Part shown: positions 17,659 to 28,641 of the stretch, in pieces
How positions within the stretch are numbered: the stretch's first letter is position 1
Layout of the letters: each line of letters opens with the position of its first letter
Assembly (NCBI GenBank): GCA_965208125.1
Contig: OZ242320.1
Coordinates: 1,408,001 to 1,472,000 of the forward strand
Reading direction: 5' to 3'
Source: Candidatus Latescibacterota bacterium
GTDB lineage: Bacteria; Latescibacterota; UBA2968
DNA: 64,000 nucleotides
Program-made: the position numbers and the translations under genes
Notes under the pieces: generated by a model
The model's input: the letters and a program-made list of their open reading frames with translations, nothing else
Databases searched by the model: none
What the model was told of the DNA's origin: nothing

Positions 17659-18450
17659 ATGGAAATAATTATGTCAAATCGCAATGGAAAAATCTTGATC
17701 GGCTCCATACTCCTGGACCTCAACCGCTGGGGCGATCCCAAAACACCGACCTACGAAGTAAGCGATTGGACTGACCGCTTTCGGAAAGCCGGATTTGACG
17801 GAATGGAACTCTGGGAATATCACGCCACACTGTGTTCAGACGCCGAACGCGAAAAACTGCTATCCTCTAATTTCCCCGCAACCATCTACAACACGTATTG
17901 CGACTTTGACGACAACTCTGCCGATGCGCGACAAAACGCGGCAGAAATGATCGGCCTATTCGGCTCAGCCGGTGTAAAATTCAACGTAGGCAAAGACCCT
18001 GCCCTGCGCCAAACCTATTTGAACAACCTGCGCGCCTGGCGTGAACAAGTCCCGCAAACCTGTACACTACTCTGCGAATGCCACCCGGGCACAATCGTTG
18101 AACACCCCGATGACGCCAGAGCATTCTTCGACGACCTGGGTATCGAAGGCTGGGAAATCATCGTACACTGCTTCATCCCCGAAATGGATATCCTGAAGCG
18201 ATGGTTTGATCTCTTTGGTCCCAAAGTCACCCACGCACACACCCAGCTACGCGACGAAAACACCAATGTCCAGTTGCTCCACGACCATCCCGAACGCGCC
18301 CAGACAGCACTGGACCTGATGGCTGAATACAAATTCGCTGGCTCCATCACCGTCGAATTTTCCAAAGGAACCCGCGAACCCGGCGAAAACATGGACGACC
18401 TCTGGACAGCGGCGAAAGCCGACCTATCGTTCTTGCGTGTGCATATTTAA
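17659..18450 (+). CDS. Sugar phosphate isomerase/epimerase TIM-barrel protein
   Basis: AGFDGMELWE, LLCECHPGT, HAHTQ, ITVEF. Start may be 17671. Confidence 0.8.
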   Translation: MEIIMSNRNGKILIGSILLDLNRWGDPKTPTYEVSDWTDRFRKAGFDGMELWEYHATLCSDAEREKLLSSNFPATIYNTYCDFDDNSADARQNAAEMIGLFGSAGVKFNVGKDPALRQTYLNNLRAWREQVPQTCTLLCECHPGTIVEHPDDARAFFDDLGIEGWEIIVHCFIPEMDILKRWFDLFGPKVTHAHTQLRDENTNVQLLHDHPERAQTALDLMAEYKFAGSITVEFSKGTREPGENMDDLWTAAKADLSFLRVHI

Positions 18451-18455
18451 AAAAC

Positions 18456-18485
18456 AAAAAAGGCTACTGATAACCTCGTAGCCTT
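18456..18485 (-). terminator. Intrinsic terminator between convergent genes
   Basis: AAGGCTAC/GTAGCCTT stem; U-tract on the minus strand. Confidence 0.6.
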
Positions 18486-18519
18486 CAAAGAAACAATATG
18501 TTATAATCCTTTAGATTCG

Positions 18520-19005
18520 CTATTCTCCAGCTTTACTCAAAATTAGAGTCCTCACATTATCGCTGAGATGAAAATGTATCTCTTGCAACTGATCAAGTAA
18601 AGGTTTTACCGCCGAGATATAACCCTCTTGTTTAGCTTTGAGTAATACACCTGCTGTACCTGTTACACGCAAACCTCGCAGGCGAGCTATTTTTCTTGCG
18701 AGTTTTTCATCAATAATAACCAGACTATCCGATTCTTCTAATGCTAAAGCCAACACCTCCGCTTCACCTGAGCCAAAGTCTGTACTCAACCCCAGAATTT
18801 GAGATGACCGAATGGCTCGGGTTTCAATCCACTTATAATTGTCTATCTCTGGCACATCTTCGCCTTGTCTGCGTCCTATCTCCAATTCTGCTACAACTGC
18901 TTTTGGAATAATAATCTTCTGATAGAGTTCTTGAAGCAGATCGAGAAGACGAAGTCGATGGAGGTAAAAGATCGGCGATGTATTGCCGATCACGACCTCA
19001 GGCAT
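18520..19005 (-). CDS. DUF3368 PIN-domain protein (putative toxin)
   Basis: NTSP, IP.AV..EL, GEAEVLALA, IIDE..AR, TGTAGVLL.AK. Confidence 0.92.
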   Translation of the reverse strand: MPEVVIGNTSPIFYLHRLRLLDLLQELYQKIIIPKAVVAELEIGRRQGEDVPEIDNYKWIETRAIRSSQILGLSTDFGSGEAEVLALALEESDSLVIIDEKLARKIARLRGLRVTGTAGVLLKAKQEGYISAVKPLLDQLQEIHFHLSDNVRTLILSKAGE

Positions 19006-19249
19006 TTTGGAGATCCTGTTCTAATTCTTCATCTGTCATATCAAATACAGACACGCCGTAGTGACCCATATTTTGGAGAAAATGAATGCGCGACATGCCA
19101 GCGAATTCAGCCGCATGCCCGGAAGACATCTTACCCATTTCATAGAGCTTGGCCGCGGCGGCCATGCGGACCTCCTGGGTAAATTCTTCAGGTGTCTCTT
19201 TTAAGGACAGAAAAATTTCTTCGGGCACTTCAATCTGAATCATCTGCAT
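18998..19249 (-). CDS. UPF0175-family protein (putative antitoxin)
   Basis: AAAKLYEMGKMSSGHAAEFAGMSRI.F; overlaps the DUF3368 start. Confidence 0.92.
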   Translation of the reverse strand: MQMIQIEVPEEIFLSLKETPEEFTQEVRMAAAAKLYEMGKMSSGHAAEFAGMSRIHFLQNMGHYGVSVFDMTDEELEQDLQNA

Positions 19250-19488
19250 TTTTGTTCCTTTAGTTTCATTATGGTCATTTAATAAATTTTAACCAGAATG
19301 CTCTTCTTGATAATTCTTACAAGATACTCAATATTACACAAATCTCAAACCCGTATCACAACCTTGCATTTTTGTAAACTGCTATTGCCGTTGTACATCT
19401 TTCTATTGAATTTTATCAATCTCTTTGTAAATTAGCGACCCGTAAATCCTGTAGAATGGTGCACACCTGATCCCGAATGGAGTAATAA

Positions 19489-20772
19489 ATGGCAAAAAAA
19501 GTAACAATAGCATTGATTGGTGCCGGGATGTTTGGCGGCGATGTTCACGCCCGGGCCTTTGCGGATCTGCAGCGCAACGGCATCAGTGGCCTGATGGGAC
19601 GAGTCGGACTCGACGCCTGGGCGCGCGACCTTGCAGACATCGAATTTGATCTCGTTGCAGTAGCCACGCGCAGCGAAGCATCCGCACAACGCGCAAAAAC
19701 CAACTTTGAGCAATGGACCGGACACGCGCCCGCACCCTATTGGGGCGAAACCCCTTGGGAAGATGTCTTGCGCGACTTTCCGGACCTCGACGTCATGGCC
19801 GTCGCTACACCCGACAACCTGCATACACCTGTGGTACTCGCAGCATTGAACAACGGCACCCATGTCATCACCGAAAAACCGATGTGTTTATCGGTCCACG
19901 AAGCCGACGAAATGATCGAACTCGCCAATGAAAAAGGACTGGTATGCGCGGTAGATATGCACAAACGCTACGACCCGGATCACATGCGCATCGAGCACGA
20001 CATCGCCAATCGCATCGGCGATCCCATTTACGGGCTCGCCATGTTGGAAGAACCCCTCGAAGTATCCACCACCACATTTAAGTGGGCAGAAGAAAGCGAC
20101 CCCTTCTCCTACGTGGGACCCCACTGGGTCGATCTATTTTACAACTACTACCGCAGCAAACCCGTATCCCTCACAGCCGTAGGGCAAAAAAAACGCCTCA
20201 TACGCGATGGAATTGACGCTTATGACGCCGTCCAGGTTCGCGTAGATTTCGACAACGGCATGAGCATTTACTTCCACAACAACTGGATCACACCCGATGA
20301 TTTTGAAGGTCCCGTCAATCAGGGACACGAAATAGTCGGCACCGACGGCAAAGTGGAATCCGACCAGCAATATCGCGGATTTCGCTTTTGGTACGCAGAC
20401 GGCGGCAGCCAGAGCTCAAACAACCACTTCACCCGCAACGTCAAACGCCCCGACGGCTCAGAAGTCTATGTGGGCTATGGCACAGACAGCATCATCGTGG
20501 CACTGGTTGCAATATGTCGCATCGAATTTTTGGGCGAAACCCTATCAGACGTAAAAGAAATCTATCCCACCGCTGAAGACGGGCGGATCACCACGGCAAT
20601 CGTAGATGCCGCGCGCATCGTCCGCGACCGCAATTTTGAATACATGCGCGAAGGCAAAGGCGCCACAGTCACAGCGCAATTCGGCGCAGACGGCATCACC
20701 ATCGTCGATCCCAACCGCGCATCTGACGGACCCGACGCAGTATTTGAAAAAATATACGATAGGCCAGTGTGA
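19489..20772 (+). CDS. Gfo/Idh/MocA family oxidoreductase
   Basis: IGAGMFG, VATPDNLH, HVITEKPM, HKRYDP, GPHWVD. Confidence 0.92.
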   Translation: MAKKVTIALIGAGMFGGDVHARAFADLQRNGISGLMGRVGLDAWARDLADIEFDLVAVATRSEASAQRAKTNFEQWTGHAPAPYWGETPWEDVLRDFPDLDVMAVATPDNLHTPVVLAALNNGTHVITEKPMCLSVHEADEMIELANEKGLVCAVDMHKRYDPDHMRIEHDIANRIGDPIYGLAMLEEPLEVSTTTFKWAEESDPFSYVGPHWVDLFYNYYRSKPVSLTAVGQKKRLIRDGIDAYDAVQVRVDFDNGMSIYFHNNWITPDDFEGPVNQGHEIVGTDGKVESDQQYRGFRFWYADGGSQSSNNHFTRNVKRPDGSEVYVGYGTDSIIVALVAICRIEFLGETLSDVKEIYPTAEDGRITTAIVDAARIVRDRNFEYMREGKGATVTAQFGADGITIVDPNRASDGPDAVFEKIYDRPV

Positions 20773-20819
20773 AGTAGGAAGTAGGAAGTAGGAAGTAGGA
20801 AGTGTGAAGTGTGAAGTGG
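20771..20819 (+). repeat. Heptamer tandem repeat (GAAGTAG x4, GAAGTGT x2, GAAGTGG)
   Basis: Seen directly; reverse-complement relative at 25321-25363. Confidence 0.85.
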
Positions 20820-20873
20820 AGTGGTGGAAGGGTGGCATCCTGTAAATCCTTTAATCCGGGACATCCTGATCCA

Positions 20874-22250
20874 ATGGGAAAAGAATTTGACATCACCCCT
20901 GTTAACGTACCAAAAATCGACACAAAATATCGCCGCATCGTGACCCCTGTCCCCCATCCAGACTCGGTGGCAACTTTGGAAACCCTGCACAGGATAGAAC
21001 CCATCTCCATGCGCGGACAACCGCCCATAGTATGGGATCGCGCAGAAGATTGTCAGGTCTATGACAAATACGGCAACATGTGGCTCGACTGGAGCTCGGG
21101 CGTACTCGTCACCAATGCCGGACACGGCATGCCCGAAGTCAGGCGTGCAATCGTAGATCAGGTAGGCACCGGACTATTGCACAACTACGTATTCCCGAGT
21201 GAAGAACGGGCGCAACTCGTCGAATTTCTGGCGGACCTGGCACCAGAAGGATTGGACAAAGTTTTTCTTTTAACAACCGGATCTGAAAGCACAGAAAACG
21301 CCTTAAAACTCGCGCGAACTTATGGCATTACAACCGGGGGAAAAAAGAAAATCGGCTTTGTGGGATTTGAACGCGGATTTCACGGACGCACAATGGGCGC
21401 CCAGCAAGTCGGCGGCATGCCCGGGCAAAAAGACTGGATCGGCAATGAAGACCCCGCCATTGTACAGGTCCCCTTTCCCGACGGATATTGGACGGAAAAC
21501 GTGGACTTCGATTTCTTCTGCTCTACACTCAAACACAAAGGACTAAATGCAGACAATGTATGCGGCGTCATGCTCGAAACATATCAGGGCGTGGGACCTG
21601 ATTTCGCGCCCGTAGCGTACGTACAGGCACTATCTGAATGGTGCAAAGCACACGGCGCCCTGTTGATCTTTGATGAAGTACAGGCGGGATTTGGTCGCAC
21701 AGGTAAAATGTGGGGATTTGAGCACTACGGCGTAATTCCCGACCTGATATGCTTTGGCAAAGGCGTAAGCAGCTCCCTGCCTCTATCGGGCGTAATCGGC
21801 AGAACCGAAGTCATGGACTTATACCCCCCCGGATCAATGACAAGCACCCACACGGGCAACCCCGTCTGTTGTGCAGCGGCACTCGCCAGCCTGAAAAAAA
21901 TCGTAAATGACGACTTAACCGGCAATGCAGCGCGACTCGAACCCGTATTAGCGAACGGAATCAAAAAAATCCAGACCGCGCATCCCGACGTGGTCGGGCA
22001 CGTAACCTGCAAAGGACTCGTAGGCGGCGTGCAAATGGTAAAAGCCGGTCAAAAAGAACCCGACCCGGATCTGGCGCACGAAATTGTACTGCGATGTTTT
22101 CACAAAGGACTGCTATTCTTTGCCCCTGTGGGCGCGTGGGGACAAACCGTAAAAATCTCTCCGCCCTTAACCATTGAACAAGACGCGCTCGAAGATGGCT
22201 TACAGGTACTTGGTGAAGTCGTAGATGAGGCGGTAAGAGGTAAGAAGTAA
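20874..22250 (+). CDS. Class III PLP-dependent aminotransferase (GabT-like)
   Basis: TGSESTENALK, FHGRT, DEVQAGFGRTG, FGKG, THTGNP. Confidence 0.93.
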   Translation: MGKEFDITPVNVPKIDTKYRRIVTPVPHPDSVATLETLHRIEPISMRGQPPIVWDRAEDCQVYDKYGNMWLDWSSGVLVTNAGHGMPEVRRAIVDQVGTGLLHNYVFPSEERAQLVEFLADLAPEGLDKVFLLTTGSESTENALKLARTYGITTGGKKKIGFVGFERGFHGRTMGAQQVGGMPGQKDWIGNEDPAIVQVPFPDGYWTENVDFDFFCSTLKHKGLNADNVCGVMLETYQGVGPDFAPVAYVQALSEWCKAHGALLIFDEVQAGFGRTGKMWGFEHYGVIPDLICFGKGVSSSLPLSGVIGRTEVMDLYPPGSMTSTHTGNPVCCAAALASLKKIVNDDLTGNAARLEPVLANGIKKIQTAHPDVVGHVTCKGLVGGVQMVKAGQKEPDPDLAHEIVLRCFHKGLLFFAPVGAWGQTVKISPPLTIEQDALEDGLQVLGEVVDEAVRGKK

Positions 22251-22280
22251 AAAGTAAGACGACCACCCAACACCACCCCA

Positions 22281-22313
22281 CTGGATCGCGGCTCAACACC
22301 ATGCCGCGATGAC
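22281..22313 (+). repeat. REP-like hairpin repeat, family C (CTGGATCGCGGC-loop-GCCGCGATGAC)
   Basis: Near-identical copies at 24444, 25259 and 56344. Confidence 0.8.
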
Positions 22314-22370
22314 GTGCCTTTCACGTCTCACCTTTCACATCTCACGTTTAACGCTTTTCGAGGATTTTAT

Positions 22371-23540
22371 ATGTCAAACGAAAAACCCGGACGACTGCGC
22401 GAAGTAGCGGCATTATTCTTCAAACTCGGTGTCATAGGCTTTGGTGGACCCGCAGCGCACATCGCCCTGATGGAAGACGAAGTAGTTGAAAAACGCGCGT
22501 GGCTATCGCGCGAGCGATTCTTAGACCTCGTCGGCGTAACCAGCATTATCCCCGGACCAAACTCGACTGAAATGGCGATACACCTGGGATTCTTGCGCGG
22601 CGGTTGGCCCGGCCTATTGCTCGCTGGCCTGTGTTTTATATTTCCCGCCGTTACATTGACAACAATCCTCGCCTGGGCTTACATGACTTATGGCGCCATC
22701 CCACAGGTTGCCGACTTGCTCTATGGCATCAAACCAGCGGTACTCGCCGTCATCTTGGGCGCACTCTGGCGACTGGGTCAAAAAGCCGTAAAGGGCTGGC
22801 GATTGAGCTTTCTGGGCCTGGCTGTAATGCTCGTAGCCCTCACCCAATTTAGCGGCGTCCTCGCACTGATCGGCGGCGGAATCATTGGAATGTTCTGGCT
22901 TAGAATGACGCGATCAAGAGACCGCGAACACATGGCCGTAATAGCACCTGTGGCCGGCACGGGATTGACCATGCTCGCAAGCCAGGGCGCCGTATCCGCA
23001 GCAGGTCCAACCCTGTGGGCACTGGGCCTATTCTTTCTAAAAATTGGCGCAATCCTCTACGGCAGCGGATACTTGCTCATTGCATTTCTCGAAGAAGAAC
23101 TCGTACTCGGATATGCCTGGCTAACCCAGGAACAATTGCTGGAAGCCATTGCCATCGGCCAGTTCACGCCCGGACCCGTATTATCGACCGCGGCCTTCAT
23201 CGGCTATCTCGTCACCGGCGGCAAATTATCCGGCGCACTCGTCGCTGCTGGCGCGATCTTCTTGCCCTCCTTTGTATTTGTCGCTGCCCTGAACCCCCTC
23301 TTGCCCCGCCTGCGAGAATCTGAATGGGTGGCGTCATTCCTCGACGCCGTAAACGTCTGTGCCGTGGGATTGATGGCCGCTGTAACAATAGAACTGGGCT
23401 ATCTAACCCTGGATTCAATACCCAAAATGGCAATCGCAGGCATCGCATCCATTCTGATATTGTGGCGCGGAATCGGCGCAGTGTGGCTGGTCGTTGGCGG
23501 AGCCGTTGTGGGTTGGATCATCCTCGCCGCGGGCTTTTAG
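22371..23540 (+). CDS. chrA: Chromate efflux transporter (CHR family)
   Basis: GFGGPAAHIA, PGPNSTE, YGSGY, GQFTPGP. Confidence 0.93.
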   Translation: MSNEKPGRLREVAALFFKLGVIGFGGPAAHIALMEDEVVEKRAWLSRERFLDLVGVTSIIPGPNSTEMAIHLGFLRGGWPGLLLAGLCFIFPAVTLTTILAWAYMTYGAIPQVADLLYGIKPAVLAVILGALWRLGQKAVKGWRLSFLGLAVMLVALTQFSGVLALIGGGIIGMFWLRMTRSRDREHMAVIAPVAGTGLTMLASQGAVSAAGPTLWALGLFFLKIGAILYGSGYLLIAFLEEELVLGYAWLTQEQLLEAIAIGQFTPGPVLSTAAFIGYLVTGGKLSGALVAAGAIFLPSFVFVAALNPLLPRLRESEWVASFLDAVNVCAVGLMAAVTIELGYLTLDSIPKMAIAGIASILILWRGIGAVWLVVGGAVVGWIILAAGF

Positions 23541-23542
23541 GG

Positions 23543-24433
23543 ATGAATCAGGAATATCTCAAACCCGAAGTCGTCTCCCGGCTCGCGCGCCTGGACCTGA
23601 TCGCCCGCATGGTCGTCGAAGGATTTATCACCGGCCTTCATCAAAGCCCCTACCACGGATTCTCCGTCGAATTTTCCGAATACCGTCAATACATGCCGGG
23701 TGACTCACTGCGCGACCTGGACTGGAAAGTATTTGGCAAAACCGACCGCCTCTACGTCAAACAATACGAAGAAGAAACCAACCTCAAATCCCATCTCCTC
23801 ATAGACGCCAGTGCCTCAATGGCCTATGCCTCGGACGCCACCACCAAATACCAATACGCATCTTATACCGCAGCCGCCCTATCCCATCTCATGTTGCGCC
23901 AGCGCGACGCAGTCGGATTAATCTCCTTCGATGATCGCATCCGCACGTATCTGCCGCCCCGCTCAGTCACCAGTCATTTGCACACCCTGCTGACCACGCT
24001 TCAAAACACCAGCCCCGAAGGCGCCGACACCGATCTGGCCGCCACCTTTCACGAACTGGCCGAACGCATCGTGCGCCGCGGCCTCGTCATCGTCATCTCC
24101 GACCTCTTCGACGACCCGGACCGCCTGCTCAACGGCCTCAAACACTTTCGCCATCGCAACCACGAAGTCATCGTCTTCCACATCCTGGATCCCAGAGAAC
24201 GCGACCTCAACTTCAACCGCGAAATGCGCTTTGTCGATCTCGAATCAGGCACGCAAATCGCCACAGAACCCTGGCATCTCGCACCTGCGTACCGCGAACA
24301 CATGGAAACCCTCATCAACCGCTACCGCCGCGAATGCCGCGAAGCCATGATTGACTACGTCCTCCTCGAAACCTCAGAACCCTTTGACACCGCCCTCTTC
24401 AACTACCTCGCCAAACGCAAAAAATTGATGTGA
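23543..24433 (+). CDS. DUF58 domain protein (vWA-like, MoxR-associated)
   Basis: G.H.SP..G.SVEFSEYRQY.PGD, DWKV, YVKQYEEETN, DASASM, ISD. Confidence 0.95.
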   Translation: MNQEYLKPEVVSRLARLDLIARMVVEGFITGLHQSPYHGFSVEFSEYRQYMPGDSLRDLDWKVFGKTDRLYVKQYEEETNLKSHLLIDASASMAYASDATTKYQYASYTAAALSHLMLRQRDAVGLISFDDRIRTYLPPRSVTSHLHTLLTTLQNTSPEGADTDLAATFHELAERIVRRGLVIVISDLFDDPDRLLNGLKHFRHRNHEVIVFHILDPRERDLNFNREMRFVDLESGTQIATEPWHLAPAYREHMETLINRYRRECREAMIDYVLLETSEPFDTALFNYLAKRKKLM

Positions 24434-24443
24434 GAGAATTAAG

Positions 24444-24475
24444 CTGGATCGCGGCTAAAACCATGCCGCGATGAC
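24444..24475 (+). repeat. REP-like hairpin repeat, family C
   Basis: CTGGATCGCGGCTAAAACCATGCCGCGATGAC. Confidence 0.8.
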
Positions 24476-24526
24476 ACTGCTCTCTTCTTGTATCTTTGTG
24501 TCTCCGTGTCTTCGTGTGAGGCCCTC

Positions 24527-25195
24527 TCACTTCTCACTTCTCATCGTCGAACCAAAAAAATTTGTCTTCAAATCGATCTTCTTCCCAACCCGGTTACCCA
24601 CCAGCCCGCGCGCGCCTGCAATATCAAAATCCTTCAACGCAATCTCAAACTCGCCCTTCACTACAAAAAAATCCCCTGGCGCGCGCTTCTTTGTCTGCTC
24701 TGACGCCAGCAAATACGTCGCCTCAAAAGGAATCTCCATCGCCTTATCCACGCCGTGCAGTGAAAAAGTCCCTATTGCCAACCCCTTAATCACAGCCCTA
24801 TCTTCTCCTCTCTCCACAGACACATCCTTCAACCCTGCAATCTCAAACACAATCACCGGAAACTGTTTTTCATCCAACCAATCCTCGCTATGCAAATGCT
24901 CATCGCGCTTCTCAATACCCGTTTCCATACTCGCAACCTGCACCTCTATCTTCCCCGTCATACCCTCCAAATTTGCCGGATCCAGTATCAACTCGCCCGA
25001 AATCTCCGACGCTGTACCGTGGATCTCCTCCAGCGGTGCCGAACTCACAAACTGAATCTGATTCTTACCCACCTCATTGCGCAAAACAATCGTCTGCACA
25101 CCCTCAACCGGCAACCCCAATGATGTCTCCGCCCAGACCTGTTGCACTGCAACACACCCGACAAAAAACAAACCAATGATCCACCGCATACTCAT
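24527..25195 (-). CDS. YceI family protein, secreted
   Basis: Signal peptide; SMETGIEKRDEHL...WLD..FP.I.F; G..SLHGV.K. Confidence 0.92.
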   Translation of the reverse strand: MSMRWIIGLFFVGCVAVQQVWAETSLGLPVEGVQTIVLRNEVGKNQIQFVSSAPLEEIHGTASEISGELILDPANLEGMTGKIEVQVASMETGIEKRDEHLHSEDWLDEKQFPVIVFEIAGLKDVSVERGEDRAVIKGLAIGTFSLHGVDKAMEIPFEATYLLASEQTKKRAPGDFFVVKGEFEIALKDFDIAGARGLVGNRVGKKIDLKTNFFGSTMRSEK

Positions 25196-25258
25196 ATTTT
25201 GTCTCCTTCTCTTGTGGTAACACCCAAACAATATAATCAGCAGTCAGCGAAGAACTTC

Positions 25259-25363
25259 CTGGATCGCGGCTTTAAACATGCCGCGATGACGGTTGCCTTT
25301 AACGTCTCGCTTGTTTCCCTCTTCACATTTCACACTTCCTACTTCAACCTTCACACTTCCTAC
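25259..25363 (+). repeat. Family C repeat (25259-25290) plus heptamer tandem repeat (CTTCACA/CTTCCTA, 25321-25363)
   Basis: Seen directly. Confidence 0.75.
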
Positions 25364-25463
25364 CCGTTCCCGAAATCCTGCAAATATCTCCTTGACTTTG
25401 GCCTTCGCATACTCGTATAATACGCACTTCAAAATCCGCCACAACAAAAACTCAGGAAATATC

Positions 25464-27680
25464 ATGACATCAATCGTCTATACAAAAACCGATGAAGCAC
25501 CTGCATTGGCAACGTGCTCTCTGCTCCCAATCATCAAAACATTCGCAGAACCCGCCGGCATTGAAATAACAATAAAAGATATCTCTCTTGCCGGCAGAAT
25601 AATCGCGAATTTCTCGGAAAACTTAACCGAAAATCAGAAACAATCCGATGCGTTGATGGAACTGGGAGAACTGGCAAAAACACCCGAAGCCAACATCATC
25701 AAACTGCCCAACATCAGCGCCTCCATACCCCAGTTGACCGCAGCAATCCGCGAATTACAAGAAAAAGGATATGATATCCCGGACTATCCCGAAGAACCGC
25801 AAACCGAAGCAGAGCGAGAAATTAAAGACCGATATGCAAAAATTCTCGGAAGTGCCGTAAACCCCGTCTTGCGAGAGGGCAACTCGGATCGCAGGGTGGC
25901 ATCCGCCGTAAAAGAATACGCCAAAAACAACCCACACCCCATGGGCGAATGGACCTCGGAATCCCAATCGGATGTGGCATACATGCGCGATGAAGACTTC
26001 TACGGCAGTGAACAATCCGTCGTAGCAACAGCAGATAGCACGCTCAAAATCGAGTTTGTAGATACCGACGGAAACACAACGATTCTCAAAGACGACATAT
26101 CCGTCCAGGCCAGCGAAGTCGTCGATGCAATGGTCCTGAACTGTCGCGCATTGCGCGCATTTTACGAAACCCAACTCGAAAAAGCAAAAAACAAAGGTAT
26201 TTTATTCTCACTCCACCTCAAAGCCACCATGATGAAAGTATCAGACCCGATCCTCTTTGGTCATGCGGTCTCTGTCTATTACAAAGACGTATTTGAAAAA
26301 CACGCCACTGTATTTAATGAACTCGGCATCGACCCAAACAACGGCATAGGAGAAGTATATACAAAAATAGCGCGCCTGCCAGAAACGCAACGCGCAGAAA
26401 TCGAAGCCGATATTGAAGCCTGTTATACCCATCGCCCGGACCTCGCCATGGTCAACTCAGACCGCGGCATCACAAATCTACACGTACCCAGCGACGTAAT
26501 CATCGACGCATCCATGCCCGCTGCAATCCGCGAATCCGGACAAATGTGGGGACCCGACGGCGAACTCCGCGACACCATTTTCACCATCCCCGACCGCTCT
26601 TATGCGCGCATCTATCGCGAAATCATCGACTTTCACAAAGAACACGGAACATTCGATGTTACCAAAATGGGCAATGTATCCAACGTCGGCTTAATGGCAC
26701 AAAAAGCAGAAGAATACGGATCGCACGACAAAACTTATGAAATACCCGCAAATGGCCGCGTTCGCGTCGTCGATGCTTCGGGGCAGGTCTTGCTCAATCA
26801 CGAAGTAGAAAAAGGGGACATCTGGCGCGCGTGTCAGACCAGGGACCTTCCAATACGGGACTGGGTCAACCTCGCCGTCAACCGCGCGCGCATAACCGGA
26901 TCCGCTGCTATATTCTGGCTGGACGAAAACAGAGCGCACGACAGAAACTTAATCGACAAAGTCGATACCTATTTGAAAGACTGCGACACAAGCGGTTTAG
27001 ACATCCAAATTCTATCCCCAACAAAAGCCATGCGCGCAACCCTGCAACGCGCAAAAGATGGCAAAAACACCATCTCCGTCACCGGCAATGTCTTGCGCGA
27101 CTACCTCACAGACCTGTTTCCAATACTCGAACTGGGAACCAGTGCAAAAATGCTTTCAATTGTACCCCTTCTGGCAGGCGGAAGCCTTTTCGAAACCGGC
27201 GCGGGAGGCTCTGCTCCCAAGCACGTACAACAATTTGTAGAAGAAGGGCATTTGAGGTGGGATTCACTGGGAGAAATATTGGCCCTCGCCGCATCCCTCG
27301 AAGACCTGGGGCATAAAACCAACAACAAAACAGCCAACATCCTATCCGAAACACTAAACGAAGCAACCCGCGTATTTTTAAACAACAAAAAATCGCCCTC
27401 GCGCGTAGTCCACGAATTGGACAACCGCGGAAGCCATTTTTACCTCGCACTGTACTGGGCACAGGCACTGGCTCAACAAAGCGAAAACGCGGCACTTCAA
27501 ACGCGATTTGCAAAATTGGCGCAGCAACTTGAAGCAAATGAAACAACCATCATCGACGAACTCAATGCAGCACAGGGTCCACCCGTTGACATGGGCGGCT
27601 ATTACCTCCCAGACACCGAAAAAATAACAGCGGCCATGCGCCCGAGCGCAACATTCAACGCCATATTGGACAAGGCGTAA
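25464..27680 (+). CDS. icd: Monomeric NADP-dependent isocitrate dehydrogenase
   Basis: [57 protein letters not shown]. Confidence 0.98.
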   Translation: MTSIVYTKTDEAPALATCSLLPIIKTFAEPAGIEITIKDISLAGRIIANFSENLTENQKQSDALMELGELAKTPEANIIKLPNISASIPQLTAAIRELQEKGYDIPDYPEEPQTEAEREIKDRYAKILGSAVNPVLREGNSDRRVASAVKEYAKNNPHPMGEWTSESQSDVAYMRDEDFYGSEQSVVATADSTLKIEFVDTDGNTTILKDDISVQASEVVDAMVLNCRALRAFYETQLEKAKNKGILFSLHLKATMMKVSDPILFGHAVSVYYKDVFEKHATVFNELGIDPNNGIGEVYTKIARLPETQRAEIEADIEACYTHRPDLAMVNSDRGITNLHVPSDVIIDASMPAAIRESGQMWGPDGELRDTIFTIPDRSYARIYREIIDFHKEHGTFDVTKMGNVSNVGLMAQKAEEYGSHDKTYEIPANGRVRVVDASGQVLLNHEVEKGDIWRACQTRDLPIRDWVNLAVNRARITGSAAIFWLDENRAHDRNLIDKVDTYLKDCDTSGLDIQILSPTKAMRATLQRAKDGKNTISVTGNVLRDYLTDLFPILELGTSAKMLSIVPLLAGGSLFETGAGGSAPKHVQQFVEEGHLRWDSLGEILALAASLEDLGHKTNNKTANILSETLNEATRVFLNNKKSPSRVVHELDNRGSHFYLALYWAQALAQQSENAALQTRFAKLAQQLEANETTIIDELNAAQGPPVDMGGYYLPDTEKITAAMRPSATFNAILDKA

Positions 27681-27692
27681 ATGACCACCTGT

Positions 27693-27718
27693 GGGCGACC
27701 ACAGGGGGTCGCCCCTAC
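27693..27718 (-). repeat. GTAG-type REP element (family B)
   Basis: GGGCGACC-loop-GGTCGCCCCTAC between convergent genes. Confidence 0.75.
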
Positions 27719-27720
27719 AA

Positions 27721-28641
27721 TCACCTCTCCCCCTCCAGCACACGCAACAACACCTCTGTCGTCGTCAGCAGATCCAGCGCATTGTGATGCAAAATATCGC
27801 GCATTTGCACGGCATTTCCCGACTTAACAAACCGGTGATACGCATTGGGAATCTCCGCACCTGGAATATCGCCTTGCCGGGTGCGGCGGCAAATATATTG
27901 TTCCAGAGTCTGCAACTTACAATTGGGCAACTGCCTGCCCCATATACGACGCCCCACATGCAACATATCGATATGCGCTTGTCGCAGCCGAAACGGCACA
28001 CCCATAAACAAACACCGGTCGCGGATATAGGGCAAATCATACGACTTGCCATTAAAGCTCACAATCACCTTCGAAGCATCTAACATGGTGACGAAGTGCG
28101 ACAACGACGCAGCCTCTTCCGTATAATCTCGCGCCAGCAACTGCACAATGCGCAACTCACCATTAAAATGCCCCAACACACCAATCAAAAACAGCGGCGT
28201 ACCAGCCGTCAACCCCGTCGTCTCAATATCGACGTAAATCACATCTTCGGCGCGTACATCAATCAAAGAATGAAACGTATCATACGGATCAGGCGGCACA
28301 TTGCCCGCATGTAACGCGCTTATTGCGCGTTCGTATCGCGCATCAAACGCACGCGCGCCACCGCGCAGAACCTCTTGAACAGTCTGATCAATCAGCAGAA
28401 ATGTACCTGCCGGCGTATGAATCTCCTCGCCCTGCGTCACCTCATCCAGCGCCAGATGCAATCGCGCATCGGACGCAGTAGCCATCACGCGCAAATCGTG
28501 CGGATCAGGCGTACGTCTCTCTCCACGGTCAGACCGAACTTCAGGCTCTACTTGCCCCTCGGCTTCAGAAACCTCATCTGCGTGTTTCAAATCGCGGCGA
28601 TTGAGCGCGGCAATGCGTCTTCTCATCTCATCAGAAATCAT
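27721..28641 (-). CDS. YprB/MrfB-like RNase H-fold (RNase_H_2) exonuclease
   Basis: DIETTGL, SFNGKSYDLPY, HIDMLH, KLQTLE, HNALD. Confidence 0.88.
   Translation of the reverse strand: MISDEMRRRIAALNRRDLKHADEVSEAEGQVEPEVRSDRGERRTPDPHDLRVMATASDARLHLALDEVTQGEEIHTPAGTFLLIDQTVQEVLRGGARAFDARYERAISALHAGNVPPDPYDTFHSLIDVRAEDVIYVDIETTGLTAGTPLFLIGVLGHFNGELRIVQLLARDYTEEAASLSHFVTMLDASKVIVSFNGKSYDLPYIRDRCLFMGVPFRLRQAHIDMLHVGRRIWGRQLPNCKLQTLEQYICRRTRQGDIPGAEIPNAYHRFVKSGNAVQMRDILHHNALDLLTTTEVLLRVLEGER

Noticed and set aside
20771-20872. Tandem repeats considered as a CRISPR array
   Set aside because: 7-nt units with no spacers, and no cas genes in the window.
23543-28641. DUF58 without MoxR, and YprB-like exonuclease without its helicase partner
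   Set aside because: Partners are often encoded elsewhere; absence from this window is uninformative.
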